A DNA stretch of 64,000 bases, from NCBI GenBank assembly GCA_030704615.1, contig CM060733.1:22878001-22942000 (forward strand). Direction: 5' to 3'. The notes under the pieces were generated by a model. The model worked only from the letters and a program-made list of their open reading frames with translations. It had not been told where the DNA came from and did not search any database. Shown piece after piece: positions 26,201 through 38,709 of this stretch (positions are counted from its first letter, which is position 1; the number at the start of each line of letters is the position of its first letter). A program made the position numbers and the translations under genes. This DNA is from Takakia lepidozioides (lineage: Eukaryota; Plantae; Bryophyta).

Positions 26201-27939
26201 ATATCTATAAGAGAGAATGTACTCATGAGACGTTGTTTGTCATAGTAGCCTTGTAGCCTTGTTAAGAATGTGCTCATGCCGTTCCCTGCAAACATTGGCT
26301 TGCCATAGCCTTGCGGCCATTGACCCCCCGGGAAAGTACCCTCCCAAATCCTTTTGTGGGGTTCGCACCGCCCAGGGTTTTTGTGTAAGAGGAAGAATAA
26401 GAGTGTCATGTCCATAAGAGGACCAAACTTTCTACCCTTGCTGTCATAGTCTGGATAATAACCATGCCAGCGCCAATGGGGGTTTTCAATTACCAGGGAA
26501 TGAAACTAGCTACAGCCCTTGCACACAGGTAACAGGTTGCCATAGTGTTGATGTAAGGGCAGGGACATCCTATCAAAAAAGCAACACTACCAGAGAGTTG
26601 GATTTTTTGTGCTCTAATTGAACAAATGTCAATCAAAACAGAGAGAGCACTGTTATGTCTAGAACAGAAGAACAGCAAATTCAGGGATTCATATTTTCTA
26701 CATCCCCTCTGATTTGTTATGAATCCACAACCCGGACTAGGACAAGTTCCCAGGAAGAATGCTGAACGCCTTAACAATGTTACTATACGTCTCTCAAACT
26801 TGCAGTCGTCAACATTCCATGTTGCTTTCTAGATTGAAAGTCTTCTCACAATATGCAACTCTCTTCAGTATTTTCGTCCGAGAACTTAGCATAGGGGATT
26901 CCACATCACCCGATTTTTGTCTGAACTTTTTCTTTCCTCATGGCGTATGCGTCGATGTAATTTCTCTCGTTGTCGCTTCTCTATCTGCAGATCGAGTGCA
27001 AAATGCTGTGCAGCAGTTAGGATTAATGTGGCGGACTACACACCAATCTATCGATGAGAGGAAGAACGATGAGAGCAAGTGGGCAACTTATTTAGGTTTG
27101 AAAACAGGCACAGTGTCTGGCCGGCGGGCAACAAAACTGCACAGATAGACCAACAACGTAATTGGACACATAGAGCTTTGAAACTTATACTTGCAGATTG
27201 CATTCTTCTGAATGTCAGCCACATCAAGGAGATCAATTTGTTTCGTGAAAGCTTGTGATGGTGGTAATCACTACACTAGACCATCATCGTAAACCGCTCC
27301 CCACTGATGCGGCTGCAGTGACTAGAAAATTTGGACTAGTGATATAGACCAAATAATCCCAGGGTACATGTGTTCCTATGCCCTGAGCATCGGGTGCCAA
27401 GCGGTCATTTACCCAGTCTCTTCCGGTATTGCGTGGTTGTTGCAAATCACTCTACAGTTCTGGTGGAGTTTTGAATTTCGAGAAGACATACATGCTCGAA
27501 TCTAGATTCTCCATAGTATCAGAATCTGAACGCGTCTTTTGCCACAGACCATCTAGACTTACAGCCCATGCATTTTTAAGTGTGCCGGCCTCCAACGCAA
27601 AGGCTGGAACACTAGAAAATCGCTGAGGGGAATGTTTCCTGGTAGTGTTACAGACACTACCAATCTTGTACCTCGTTTACAGTTAAGTTCCTACATGTGA
27701 AAGCCAAGAACGTTTCGAGATAAAGAATCAAGTCTAAACTGGGTGATCCTACACTGTCAAAGCACATGATAAGATCAGTCCTCGATTATTTCACGGTTGA
27801 GGGAAAACACCTGGTACAGATAGAGGAAACCCAACAGAAAGATAAAGGAGATATTCCACTGCAGAGAAGCTGCAAGCCACGCAGTGAACAAAACCAGCCC
27901 CACATGGGACATGAAAGGCCACAGCACTATGTAATCCAT
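20287..27939 (-). CDS. NTMC2T6: N-terminal TM + SMP + C2 domain protein (synaptotagmin-like, At1g53590-type), ~427 aa; exons 27939-27811, 26984-26910, 25394-25254, 24898-24803, 24392-24261, 23991-23839, 23635-23594, 22972-22894, 22709-22626, 20883-20700, 20455-20287
   Basis: All 11 exons join in frame over GT-AG. TM segment SHVGLVLFTAWL...FLYLYQ. SMP motifs ETVQWLNLALGSMWPIC, LQHLDLGKNPP, RRRLGFGLW, GVDMAVVPGIAGWLDKLL...PNMLLIDVEK. C2 motifs ASDRNGLSDPFVKGSLG...KTLNPNWNEKF...VRDKD. The 3' end is uncertain because the stop coincides with a possible donor. Confidence 0.88.
21461..22474 (-). mobile_element. 5'-truncated non-LTR retrotransposon (RTE-X/CR1-group-like LINE) with 13-bp target-site duplication, in intron 9 of the C2 gene
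   Basis: RT thumb motifs WEVHIQEVIQSANSKALG, RPALEYASTMW and LGIPPLSSR, plus C-terminal CGQPEDNIHFLIHCPGYSHQR. GGGAACCCAGAGA flanks it at 21448-21460 and 22475-22487. Confidence 0.85.
25745..26100 (-). mobile_element. Degenerate LINE 3' fragment (related family)
   Basis: Trace of a C..ED..H knuckle (CWHDGEDS*HRLC). The 3' end GGGTCTATGGGCACACAGGC resembles the LINE end GGTCTATGGCCACAAGGC. Confidence 0.4.
26214..26380 (-). mobile_element. SINE-like repeat sharing the LINE 3' tail (copy 2)
   Basis: Reverse complement aaaccctgggcggtgcgaaccccacaaaa...tttcccg...tggccgcaaggctatggcaag...ctcatgagtacattct matches 7959-8106. Confidence 0.55.
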
Positions 27940-29143
27940 CTCCAACGCACTCCGCCTGCGGTGCCTGCTGAATCTTTCACAACCATACTAAGTAGCACTC
28001 CAATGATGAAACCCGGTGGAGCTTTACTCGCAAACTTACATGAGGCGGCTGCACAATAGAAGAATCCTAAAGCAAGGAAGTTCCAATTGGATGTATTCGA
28101 GGTTGGGTGTGCTCACGTCGTTGTGCGCGTGCTCGCGTGACCATAAGACAAAATGCCCGAAAATTCGTGAATATTTCCGAAAAGATGCTGCAACGAAACT
28201 AAAATTGGAAATATGTGCTTACGGGACCAAATTGTGCGCACATGCACTGAGCACAAGCCACAGGTAGATGGGTTAGTTACCCTATTTCCGTGGGTTAGTA
28301 ACCATATCACCAAACACAGTACATATTGTCGCCCACGAAATCATAGGATAATGACCTATGCAGCAATACTTGGAAATTTCGCCAGCGAAACCCACTATTT
28401 TGCTGGCAAAATCCATTATTCCGTTAAATTATTCAATTATTGTTTAGTATTTGTGTGTTTTGGATGGTGTTGATTATTGTGACTTTATGTTTTTGTAATG
28501 TGTTATTCTTTTGTAGAATACCAAAGCTATAGATATATGGAACTTGGAGCTTGTAGATATACATTATGGGTGTATATTTCGCATTAGGGTTTTGGGATTT
28601 TATTCCGTTTGAAAACATATAGCTCCTATGACCGCGTTTAAAAACATAAAACCCCCATGACCGTGGGTTTGTGCTCACGCCATTTGTGTTCACCGGTGTG
28701 CTCACGTTCAACCAACCCCCGATGTATTCGTAAGAAAGATCCACTCTCTCACATAAGTTTATAGAAGGAGATTCCTTAGGAATGGATTTTAGGATAAGTT
28801 TATAGAAGGGTATGCTGGGGCTCGGCAAAAGATGTTTCCAAAATCAATATATGAAAGAAGCCAATTTGTTGGCTACAGTGTTTTTTTTTTAGGTGAAAAA
28901 TCGCCAAATTTCGAGCTGACAAATGCCCTCGCTACTTGTACAAAGGAATTAGGGGGGTCAAAATGCCTAAAATTCGTCATAAAGCGCCATTGATGGAATA
29001 TCTCATGCCTAATCACACCATCATGGGCCCACCAATTCGCCACCCTAAGCATATATGGGTCCATGTCCTATCGCCAAGGGGCCACATCATGACCATGCAA
29101 TATCGTTTAGGCGGCCGCACCTTGATACAACGGGATGTAGTGT

Positions 29144-32100
29144 TTGAATTTGGGCAACCAAATTCCTGAATTTCATCAACTTGAGCGTCATGGTTTTAGT
29201 CATGGTTAACTAGAATTACCTACTTCTAATTAACTAGGACATTTTGGATATTTATATTTGTATTTTGTGTGTTGGGACTTCATTTGGTCTCACATGCCAA
29301 GTAAGGTGTCAAACCTCGCTTGGGACATGGGGATCAATGGGTTTTCCCCTTGTGAGTGTTGAGGAGGGCTCATCTTCTTGTAGTTGAGCCTCCATGAGCA
29401 TCTCTCACCTCCATAGCTCTAGGTATTGAGAGGGAGTGTGTTGAGGGCTTTGTAGGGTGGATTCCCTTAGCAAGGGTGCCCTTGGCTTGACTTAGTTTAT
29501 GTGATTGAGTGGATTCATGAGTGGAGTGTTTCCCTTGTGTTCACTTTCATTATCACTACAAAAAGATGACCTTATGCTTGTGAGTTCGAATGGTTAGTTT
29601 AGCACTTGTGTGTTGAAGAGCTTGGGAAGATAGTTTTTGTGTTGCAAGGTGTTGCATATATTGCAAAGGAAAATCCTTGTGGTGTTAGGGCTTTGAAGGA
29701 TATTGTTTTGCCCTAAGGAGGTGGAGAGCTCAAAGATGGAGCTCTTGTAGATCACAAGGCTTGCAAGGAAAGGTGCTTGGTGAAGTTGCATGCACCAAGG
29801 AATTGAGAGCAAGGAAAATTTAGCTCTTGTATTACAAAGCTTGCAAAGTCTTGTGTGAGTGGAAGCATGGATTCTAAGGTTTGAGAATCATGTCTATGCA
29901 TTATGGAGTCAATGGTGTGTGTCATGGCTTGTGGAGAGCAACTAAATGATTGTTAGTATTCATTTCACTATCAATCTAGGGTTAAGCAGGCTCAAGTGTG
30001 GATGTTGTGGAAGAGAAGCCAAGGAGCTACATAGGCTTGGGCTTGAAGACAACAAAGGCAAGCACTTGGAGAGCATTAGGAAGCTCAAGAGGTTTGAAGG
30101 GGAGCATGTGAAGAAGTCTTCCAATTACGGTGGTGTGGAGCCAAGCTTAGGGCATTGGAAGGGCTTGGAGAACAACTTGTGGAAAGTCCTTGAAGAGAGA
30201 TCATCATTCAAGCATGCTTCCCAAGTGTGGCTTCCAATTTCAAGCTTGAGGAGGGCTAGAAGGTGAAGGGAGCAAGTTGATTTCCTTGTGTATGAGGTGA
30301 TGCATGTGTGAAGCATGTTTTTGGCTTGAGCTTTGCAATTTCAAGCTTGAGAGGAGTGGCTCTTGAGCTAGCAAGTGAAGGGAGCTTGAATGACCAAGGC
30401 TTGAGAGGAGACAAGGCTTGGTGGCTTGCCAAAGGAGGTACAAGCTTGATTTTGAGTTCCAATGAGAAATTGAGCTTGTTGTGTGGCCAATGCATTGCTA
30501 GTTGAGTTGGAGACAAACTTGAGTAGCTTAAGGTGAAGAAGATCAAGGGAATTTGCCTTGGCACCCCATAGAATTCATGGATGTTTGAGGGGATTAAGCA
30601 TAGAGCCCCAAGGAGCACAAACCCTAGCTTGGTAAGGCTAAACCTCAAGGAAATAAAGGGGGAAGTGGCTAAAGCCTAGGGGGAAATGAACTACTCTATG
30701 AGAGGGAAATGGCTATTCATAAGGAGAATACAAGGGGGAATACAAAGAAAATACTTGTAGGCCCAGGGGAATACTGGGGGAATACTGGGGGAATACTATG
30801 GCATATGCTTAGGAATATTCTTAGGGAACTTTGGGAACATATTGGGAACTTATTGGGAATCCATTGAGAACTTAGGAACGCATTGGGAACATAATGACAT
30901 AGAAAGAGTCCTTGGAGGATTGTTTGGGGTCCTTGGAGGACCATTTGGAGGACCATTGGGAGTCCTTGGAGGACTATTTGGAGGACCATTGGGAGTCCTT
31001 GGAGGACTGTTTGGGGTCCTTGGAGGACCATTTGGAGTTCTTTGGAGGACTATTTGGGGTCCTTGGATGCCAATATTTGGCGAGCTTGAGGAGTCTTTGG
31101 CGACTTGTGTGAGGGACTATTTGGGGTCCTCGAGGGCTAAGTTTTGGCAGGCTTTTGGGGCCTTAGTGTACTGTTTTGGAGTCCCATTGTGCAAGGATTG
31201 GGAGCCTTAGTGAGATTATTTTATAGACATATTGTTGAGGGCTCCTAGAGAGTTATTTGAGAGACCCTTGAAAGGTAGTCTTGTCTATTGTTCAAGCAAG
31301 AGAGCGTGGAGATAGGGTAGTGGGATGAGAGCATCCTGAGCTATGGCCAGGCCAGTTCCAAAGGAACAATGGTGGCCGAGGACGAGGCAATGTAGTCCAG
31401 AGAGGTAGAGGAGGCAGAGGTCGTGGTGGAGGTCGTAACCAACACCAAGGAGCATAGGGTCAAGGTCAAGGCCATGACCAAGGCATGGTGGATAGGCTTG
31501 CCCAGCTAGAGCAACATCTTGCTACCATGGCCACTACTCATGTTGCGCAAGCTCCAAGGCCTGAGGTTCAAGCCCCACCTGCACAACCTCCTATACTTAG
31601 GGAAGACCAGATTGGTATGGGCTTCATGTGTGGAGCCGCACTTGCAGGACCATTGCATGTGGACTATGTAGCTGCTGTCACTCGAGCAGCAACGCGTACT
31701 CATGAGCCAAGAGGAGCGGATGCGGATTTTGATCCACAAAGAGGGGAAGCAATGACAGACAAGACCTCCATAGTCTTTCACATTAGCTGAGACAATGCCA
31801 ACTATGCCATCGATGGTACCCGCTCGCCCAAGTGTGTCAGAGGTAGAGCCACGAGTGTCATTGGGGAAAGTTGGTGTGGCTCGGGAAATGCCAGTGGGTG
31901 GTGCTGCAAAGTAAGGTGCATCCAGTATATTGTTGGGGGCAGCTACGGCAATTTATCAAGCTCCATTGCTTTCTACCACGACAATTGTAATGTCGGGGAT
32001 GCGGCCAGCTGCAGTGTTTAGACTGGCAGCTAGACTCTGTGAGAGTGGTGATGCATCGACACTATCTGCGGGGATAGCGGATAAGGTGCAGTGCATGGAT

Positions 32101-32492
32101 GCCCTCGATTCAAGGGTGAAGACAGCCAAAGCTGCGCCATGGCAAGCGGCAGCTACAAGGTTGTAGGAGTTGCCAGCTATACCAGCCATTGAGCGTAGTA
32201 TGGTGAGTCCTGGGGTAGTCCTGGTGGACAATCAGGATGGTGTGTTTCAGTTGGGCGGCCCAGCCGGGAGGAGGTATAGGCCACTACGGGTCTTGTTGGA
32301 CTCGGGAGCACAACCATTGATGTTGGGGAGATCAGCAATTGTAGGTTTGGGCCTTATAGAGACGGATTTGGAGCCTTGCCCTTTCCAAATTCAAACATAT
32401 TTGGGCGGTTCAGAGAAGGCACGAGGGATTACACGCCATGAGCTCTTCATTCGATTGCAGCCAGATCATCCTACATATGGCTCTGTCATGAG
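29144..32492 (+). mobile_element. LTR-retrotransposon remnant: LTR-like/low-complexity region, decayed gag-like sequence and retropepsin-like protease
   Basis: ORF 32170- contains RVLLDSGAQPLMLG (aspartic protease D-S-G). Upstream is a long G-rich non-coding region beginning TGTAG near 29144. Sequence switches abruptly to gypsy copy 1 at ~32493. The left boundary is tentative. Confidence 0.55.
30911..31070. repeat. Short-unit tandem repeat (TTGGAGGAC(C)AT / TTGGGGTCC modules)
   Basis: Repeated 9-, 12- and 21-bp modules that give spurious GGLFGVLGGP ORFs. A separate GGGGAATACT repeat lies at 30735-30800. Confidence 0.8.
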
Positions 32493-35400
32493 AGACATTG
32501 TCTATAGTAGTTGTGGCAATGTTCTGCACCTGCAGCCTGAGCTCATTCATCTCGCTTTGGGTGAGCTTTCGTGGTGCTTTGCCCTCTACTAGGCCTTGTG
32601 CTAACCAGACCTGCATAAGGCTGTTATCCACCAAGTTGCTTGTGGTTCCCCTGAGAGTTTGCTCCTCTCTTAGCTTGTACAATTCCAACTGCTGTTGTAA
32701 AGCCTCCATGCGCTTCGCCTGAGGTTCAACCAATTGCGCATAAGCAGCAAGTAGATTATTGGCTTCCTTCCAAGCCTTGTTATTGACCGCGATTTCATTT
32801 CTATTGGCCATGATGGTTTGTTGCAACTCCACGATGTGCTTATCTTGATCAGCTTCAATCTGCCTGTATTGCTTGAAAGTATCTTCATTGCGACAGATTG
32901 TATTCTTCATATCGACAATGAGCTTCATTTGCTCAACATTCTCTTCTTCTGCCTTCGTACATTTTTCCGCTTGACTATTTATTTCTTTTGTAGATTGGTC
33001 AAGCATAGTTGTGAATGTAGCACATTGTATCGCCATCCTGTCATGCACTGTCTGCAACTCCGTATGTAGTGCATGCACTTCTTGCAACTTGCTTTCATGC
33101 TGCACTTGCATTTGGTATAGCTGTTGCTTATGTGCTTCGTGCAACTGGTCTTGCGCGAGGCCTGCCTCAATCAATTGTTCCTTGGCCAATTGCAAAGCCA
33201 TTTCTGTATTTCCCAAGTCCTGCTGCATCTTGAGAGTGACCTCTTCATCGACCTTGTTTGCACACTCAGTGGCTAGTCGAGCCTCAAACTCCTTCCTGAG
33301 TTCCTCTCTCAAGGCTGTCAATTGGGTAATTGGAACATGGGATTTGACATAAGTCCCCAACAAATTAAGTGTTCTGCCTATGGAACTCATCAGCATTGCC
33401 TGTTGAGGGTCATCATGGTGAGGTTGTTGCTGTTCATCCTGATCTTCAACAGTGTGATGTCTCACGAACCATTCAGGCCATTGTCCCACCGGATTTTCTT
33501 CCTGAACTACTTCATCTATCACCGGTGCTACAGTGTCATGACCTTCCGCCTGTGGTACCTCCGACACAGGTGTGTGTATTATATGCACCTCAGGATTTCC
33601 CTTGGGCAACTGTTGCACCTCTGGGATCTCTGTCTCCTTGACCAGACTAGAATATTCATAGAGAAGGTCCCCCTTCTCCATTTCTGCCACTATCTGTTCT
33701 GTAGTTGGAATATCTAACCCTTCTCTTTCCAAATCAATTATTTCTGGTTGAGCTGCATGGATAACTTGTGACCTTGTGACAAGTCGATCAGCTGGCTGTG
33801 ATGGTTGTGATACAGAAGTAACGTCCTCCTCCCTCTCTGAAGGTCCTGCTTCCAGTAATAGCATTTCTCTGTGCTGCTATGCCCCTTCCTGGCCATGAGC
33901 TTGGGAAACATTATCATGCGGAATCCGTGAAGCCAGTGGATCCGCCACTACAGTCTTTCCCCGTCTCTGCCTCTTAGTCTCGGGTTGCCCTGCTAGTCCA
34001 CCCTCACTGTGTGAAGAGCCTTGCTCTTCCATTGCAGTTGTTTCTGGCTCAAACACTCCCATTTCCTTTCTTTCTTGCGCATCAAGTATGCCAGAATCAA
34101 GGATTATTTGAGCAATGATTGGGCCAGACACTATGATAGGAGACTTTGCGGTAGTACCTTGTAATCTTTTCATCTCCTCTACCAGTGCGTTGTACATTAT
34201 GTCCGCCCATTGTACCTCTTGTCCCTTCAGGCCTTTGAGTATTTCCTCCGTGAAGGATCTGCTCAAATACTGTTGGTTCTGTTTCATGGCAATCAGAACG
34301 TTCAAGACCTGGCCTACCTCTTTTAGCCCTGGGTACACAGCCTTGGTACAAGCATAACCCTGAGTTTTAAAGAAACTCCCTTCTTGGAATAAGTCCCCTA
34401 TTTGCAGTCTTGCCCTGTGTTCCTCCACATGCACCTGACCTGCTGGCAATCGAAACAATTGCTGGAGGTATAGGGGAGTAATCATCAATTCTACTCCCTT
34501 CATCGTTGTTGTTCCTGTCCTTGGCTCAAAGTTCTGCAAAAATTGTAACATGTACTGTCTATGGTGTAATGTCCAATCTAGGCTTTGCAATCCTTGCAAT
34601 CTCAGCTCCTCCAGTAACTGTATCGCCTGTGGGGTAGCAATTGTTTGTTTCTGCAGAATTGTGGTGCTCTTCATCCTCATTTCCTCCATTCCTCTCACCC
34701 TCTTCATTTTAGACTCACAGAACTGTTTTGGCTGTAACAACTGCAGGAATGCCTGTAGTGCACAAAGCATAAACGTATGGTTGCCGCAGAAAGCTATGGG
34801 TAATTTCTTGTAAGCCTGCGGGGCTTGCAAGCATCGCTTAAGAGAAAAGCTCCGCTCTGTCCTTTCGTGTCTATGCCACTGCGTAAGTAATATTGCGAGC
34901 GTATAGTCTGTTAGTTCCTCCATAGTTTCCAAGTTATAGCATTGATGGTCTGTCCCGTCGAGACGCCCGTTACTCAGAACGACGCCGCCTCTTGCGCTCA
35001 ATTTCCCTCCCTTTTCTCGATCGTTTCTCTGGTTTTCTATTGGCTGTATCCGCTGTGACTGGATTTTAGATTTTATTTTCTTTAGTGGACTTTCCCTGTT
35101 GGATAGTCCACTAGGATCACACATGTGACAAGAATTCCGCTTTTCTGTACTTGCCGTTCGTTCCGTTTCCCTTTTTCCGTATTCATTAATGGGCCCGCCT
35201 TTCATCCCTTTTGACGGCCGTTCTTGTCCTCTTTCTTTTTGACACCTGTTCTTGCACTTCTTTCTCGGCTGTGTGTCGTGCCCTGACCTCCACGTGTCTA
35301 TTTTTAAAGTAATTTCCGTTTTCTCTTCCGTCAGCCATTTTCCTGAAGTTATTATGCGTCCACTTGTCACTGATTCTATGGATCGTGTGACTTTAGTAGG

Positions 35401-37145
35401 CTGTGTTGAGCTGTGACAGGCTGTGTCATACTGTGTTACGCTGTGATAGGCTGTGATGCACTGTGGTAAGCTGTGATAGGCTGTGACACGCTGTGGTAGG
35501 TTGTGATAGGCTGTGTTGCGCCGTGCTGGGCTGTGATAGGCTGTGCTTTGCCTTGATGGGCTGTGATAGGCTATGTCACGTCGTGATGGGCTGTGATAGG
35601 CTGTGCTTTGCCTTGATGGGTTGTGATAGGCTGTGTCACGTTTGTTTTGGCCGCCCTGGTCATATATGCTGGGCCTAGCGACAAGTGCTCCATACTCCGT
35701 TCGTAACACTGGTGCAGCCCGTGACTGCTCTTGCGGTTCAACATGCAAATCATGCTGCAAGGGGTTGTCATGGATACCACAGTACCCCTTCAACTTATTG
35801 GCATTGACTCTTCCCAGCATTTCTTTGTTAATGGTTTGTAACATGGCGGTGTTGTTATCATACATCTTTTGTATGACATAAGGTCCTTTCCATGGTGATT
35901 TAAGCTTAGAAGCTTGAATCTTTCCTTTCTTCTGCAACCATAGAACCAAATCCCCCGTCTTAAAAGTCTTTAACTTGCCTTCATCAAACTGTTCCTTTCG
36001 CTTCATCTAAATTCTGGTCATATTATCAGCTGCATCAGCACGTACTTCTTCCACATGGTATAATTCATGTTTCCTGACCTTGATGGAGTCTTGCAATTCC
36101 ATTCTTTTTCCCCACTCCGTTCTCATGGTAGGTAACAGGAATTCCACTGGAAGTAAGGCTTCCATACCATATACTAATTGGAATGGTGTATACTTAGTGG
36201 TGACTTTATATGAAGTCCTGTATGACCACAAAACTGTCAGCAGCTTTGTATCCCAATCCGTTCTGTTTGCATTGACTATCTTAGCCAAGATAGTACATAG
36301 TATTTTGTTGGTAGCCTCTGCCTGCCCATTACCCTGTGGGTAATATGTTGTACTCTTTCTATGCACAATCATAAACTCTTTAGTCAACAACTCAATGGTC
36401 TCATTCATGAAGTGACTTCCCTGATCACTGATAAATTCTAAGGGACAGCCAAATCGTGTAAGTATGTTCTCGTACAGGAACCTTGCTGTGGACTTGGCTG
36501 TGTTGTCCCTCAAAGCTTTAGCTTCCACCCACTTTGTAGTATAATCAGTGGCTGTAATTATGTACCTGTTACGTGTATTCTTGGATGGTGGGTTAATTGG
36601 TCCAACAAAGTCTAGTCCCCATTTCTGAAATGGTTCCGTAGGCATTGTAGGATGCAAGGCCATCCTTCCCGATCTCTGCAAAGGTCCTAGCCTCTGACAT
36701 TCATCACATTTCTGACAATACTCGTGTACATCTTTGAACAAAGTAGGCCACCAGTATCCTGCGAGTAGTATCTTTCTACTGGTAGTCTCTTCTCCAAAAT
36801 GACCTCCAGCCACTCCTTTATGAACTTCCGCCAAAACTTTATTTACTTCATGGTGGTACAAGCATCGTTTTAGTACTCCATCAGGTCCTAACTTATACAT
36901 TCTGCTTCCTACCATAGTATAAGGTAAAGCTTTGATAGCGATTCTCTTCCTCTGCTCCTTACCATAACTAGGTGGGCACTGACCATGAGCAAGGTAGTAT
37001 CTGATTGGCCACTGCCAATCTAACCAGTCATCTGCACTTCCCTGCACCTCCACTGCAAAGAGACTCGCATCTGGTAATTGATCATCTATTCCTGTGGCTG
37101 GTTCTCCTGTTGACAATCGTGACAAATGATCCGCCACAAGATGCA
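32493..37145 (-). mobile_element. Ty3/gypsy retrotransposon copy 1 (non-chromovirus, Athila/Tat-like): end of RNase H, integrase and long 3' extension; truncated at both ends
   Basis: HLVADHLSRL; zinc finger H...GGHF...CDECQR; WGLDFVGP; SDQGSHF; YYPQGNGQAEATNK; WKGPY. ORFs 36007-37257, 33877-36006 and 32410-33864 are one frame broken by single TAG codons. Confidence 0.93.
35398..35640. repeat. 10-bp unit tandem repeat (GGCTGTGnnn) inside the gypsy extension, encoding TAYHSPS(R/Q)R-like decapeptides
   Basis: GCTGTG recurs every 10 bp with a 30-bp super-period. Homologous arrays lie at 47761-47900 and in the LTR at 43150-43355. Confidence 0.9.
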
Positions 37146-37576
37146 GTTGACAATATTCATGCAAGTTCATCAAGGGCTCCATCCCCACAAGAACACACCC
37201 CATTGTTGAAGTGATGAAGGCAGATGGCATCCCTTGCAATAATTTCTCGTGCAACAATTTTGGATATCAACTTGGTGGCAGTGTGGCAGTCCCTACATAC
37301 ACGTAGGTTTTTAATGATGCAGATAGGGTCCCAGGGGGTGTGCTAATGAGCCCAAAAGCAATGGCCTCCTTAATCTGCCAAGTCAATCTAGCATAGATCT
37401 CCTCTGCTCGTGGGTGAGATCTATCTCCAACGGCAAATGTATACACCCTATTTTCCACCTCAATCCAAGTGTGGCTGGTTCCTTTATTACCTCTGGCGTC
37501 CATTGCTTTTCTCACTTTTGCTACATCAGCCCACCTACCAGCTGCAGCATAGATGTTTGAAAGCAACACATACACT

Positions 37577-38709
37577 TGTAGAATAATAGGAATTTCTGAC
37601 TTAATGACAATTTTCAGAACTTTTTAATATCTTTCTAGCCTGCGATACCTTCGATATTGCTGCGATAGGGCAATGTTCTTCGATATCTTGTATACAGTCG
37701 ATAATCTATCTTGGACTGAATGATAGAAGAGATGGATGAAAAATTGTAAAAGATGGATGAAGGAGTTTTTGAGCAGTTATTACAGTTATTGAAATACTCT
37801 GCTATATAAAGCGTTAATGAGAAGCAGAAAGTGTCAATTGAGCCAGAGAGCCGTGACCGGGAGTAGAGAGAGTAGAGTGAGTAGGAGGTAGATTATAGAG
37901 TTATTCTGCAATGGTAGATTTAGTAATGCGTTCTTGCAGTGTTGTGATTTATGAATGAGAAGAAGAAGAAAAAGGAAGTGCAATTCACTTTGTGTACGTG
38001 TGAAGAATGGAGTGATGGAATGAGCATGTGTTTTTGTGTGTAAGAACTGAAGAACCATATGAGATGATGAGAATGCGCATAAATGAAACAGATAAGAATT
38101 CGATGTGAGGATTAGTTCTGGTCCATCAAGAGGAATGTCGATAGAGAGATATTCAAAGCTCAAGAAGGAGCCGATTAAGGGAAAGAAGACAGAGAGAGGG
38201 TTTTCAATTGGATTCATGATAGGTGTGAAACAATGAATTAAAATCATTTGCATGGCGGAGAGCAATAGTGAAGGAATAAAGGAAGTGTCAGAATTGATCT
38301 CTGGATTACCAGATCATTTATCGATAACAATCTTTCAGAAACTTTGTTGTAGTGATAAAGAAGTATTCTTATTGCAATTGGTCAATAAAGGATGGCATAT
38401 GGAGATATCCATTCTATACCGGAGTTGTTATTGGAAGCATAGTTGATTGCAGAAGTGGTATAGACCATTTAAAGGCTATCCTGAACTTATGAAAGAATGG
38501 AATCATAACTTGAGAATATTCATGAATCTGGAAGAATGATGATCGTGTTAGATGAAGATGACTGTTGGTAGAAGTTGTTTCAAAGAATGGATAGAGAGAG
38601 ATAGAATAGTTTGGCATCATTATGTATTAGTCGTATAGTGCTTTCCCCAGCGAACGAACCTTAGAACTAATTAATCCTCTTTTAGGATTGATTCTAGTTT
38701 TATACTACA
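37577..38709. mobile_element. Solo LTR (1133 bp) with 5-bp TSD
   Basis: Termini TGTAG...CTACA. ACACT is duplicated at 37572-37576 and 38710-38714. Removing it restores the PPR E-domain reading DAAVYVLLSNIY. TATA-like TATATAAA near 37803. Confidence 0.9.
38252..38446 (+). CDS. Small F-box-like ORF inside the solo LTR (64 aa; frame stays open to 38539 past one TGA)
   Basis: LISGLPDHLSITIFQKL...LLQLVNKGW fits the plant F-box pattern L(I)PGLPD.(L)...I..(R/K)L......L..V.K.W. Confidence 0.45.
   Translation: MAESNSEGIKEVSELISGLPDHLSITIFQKLCCSDKEVFLLQLVNKGWHMEISILYRSCYWKHS

Noticed and set aside
30717-31210. Gly/Leu-rich and VLQGP-repeat ORFs
   Set aside because: Products of a short tandem repeat that is open in several frames. 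No evidence of coding.
32410-32592. Ends of the 484-aa (-) and 140-aa (+) ORFs
   Set aside because: Both read across the junction at ~32493 into the antisense strand of the other element.
29144-37145. Idea that the + strand protease element and gypsy copy 1 are one inverted element
   Set aside because: The LTR of the gypsy family (42353-43475) shows no visible similarity to 29144-31300.
37146-37257. N-terminal part of the 416-aa integrase ORF (MLHEKLLQG...)
   Set aside because: Chance read-through of the adjacent DYW fragment in another frame. Retroelement homology starts at HLVADHLSRL.
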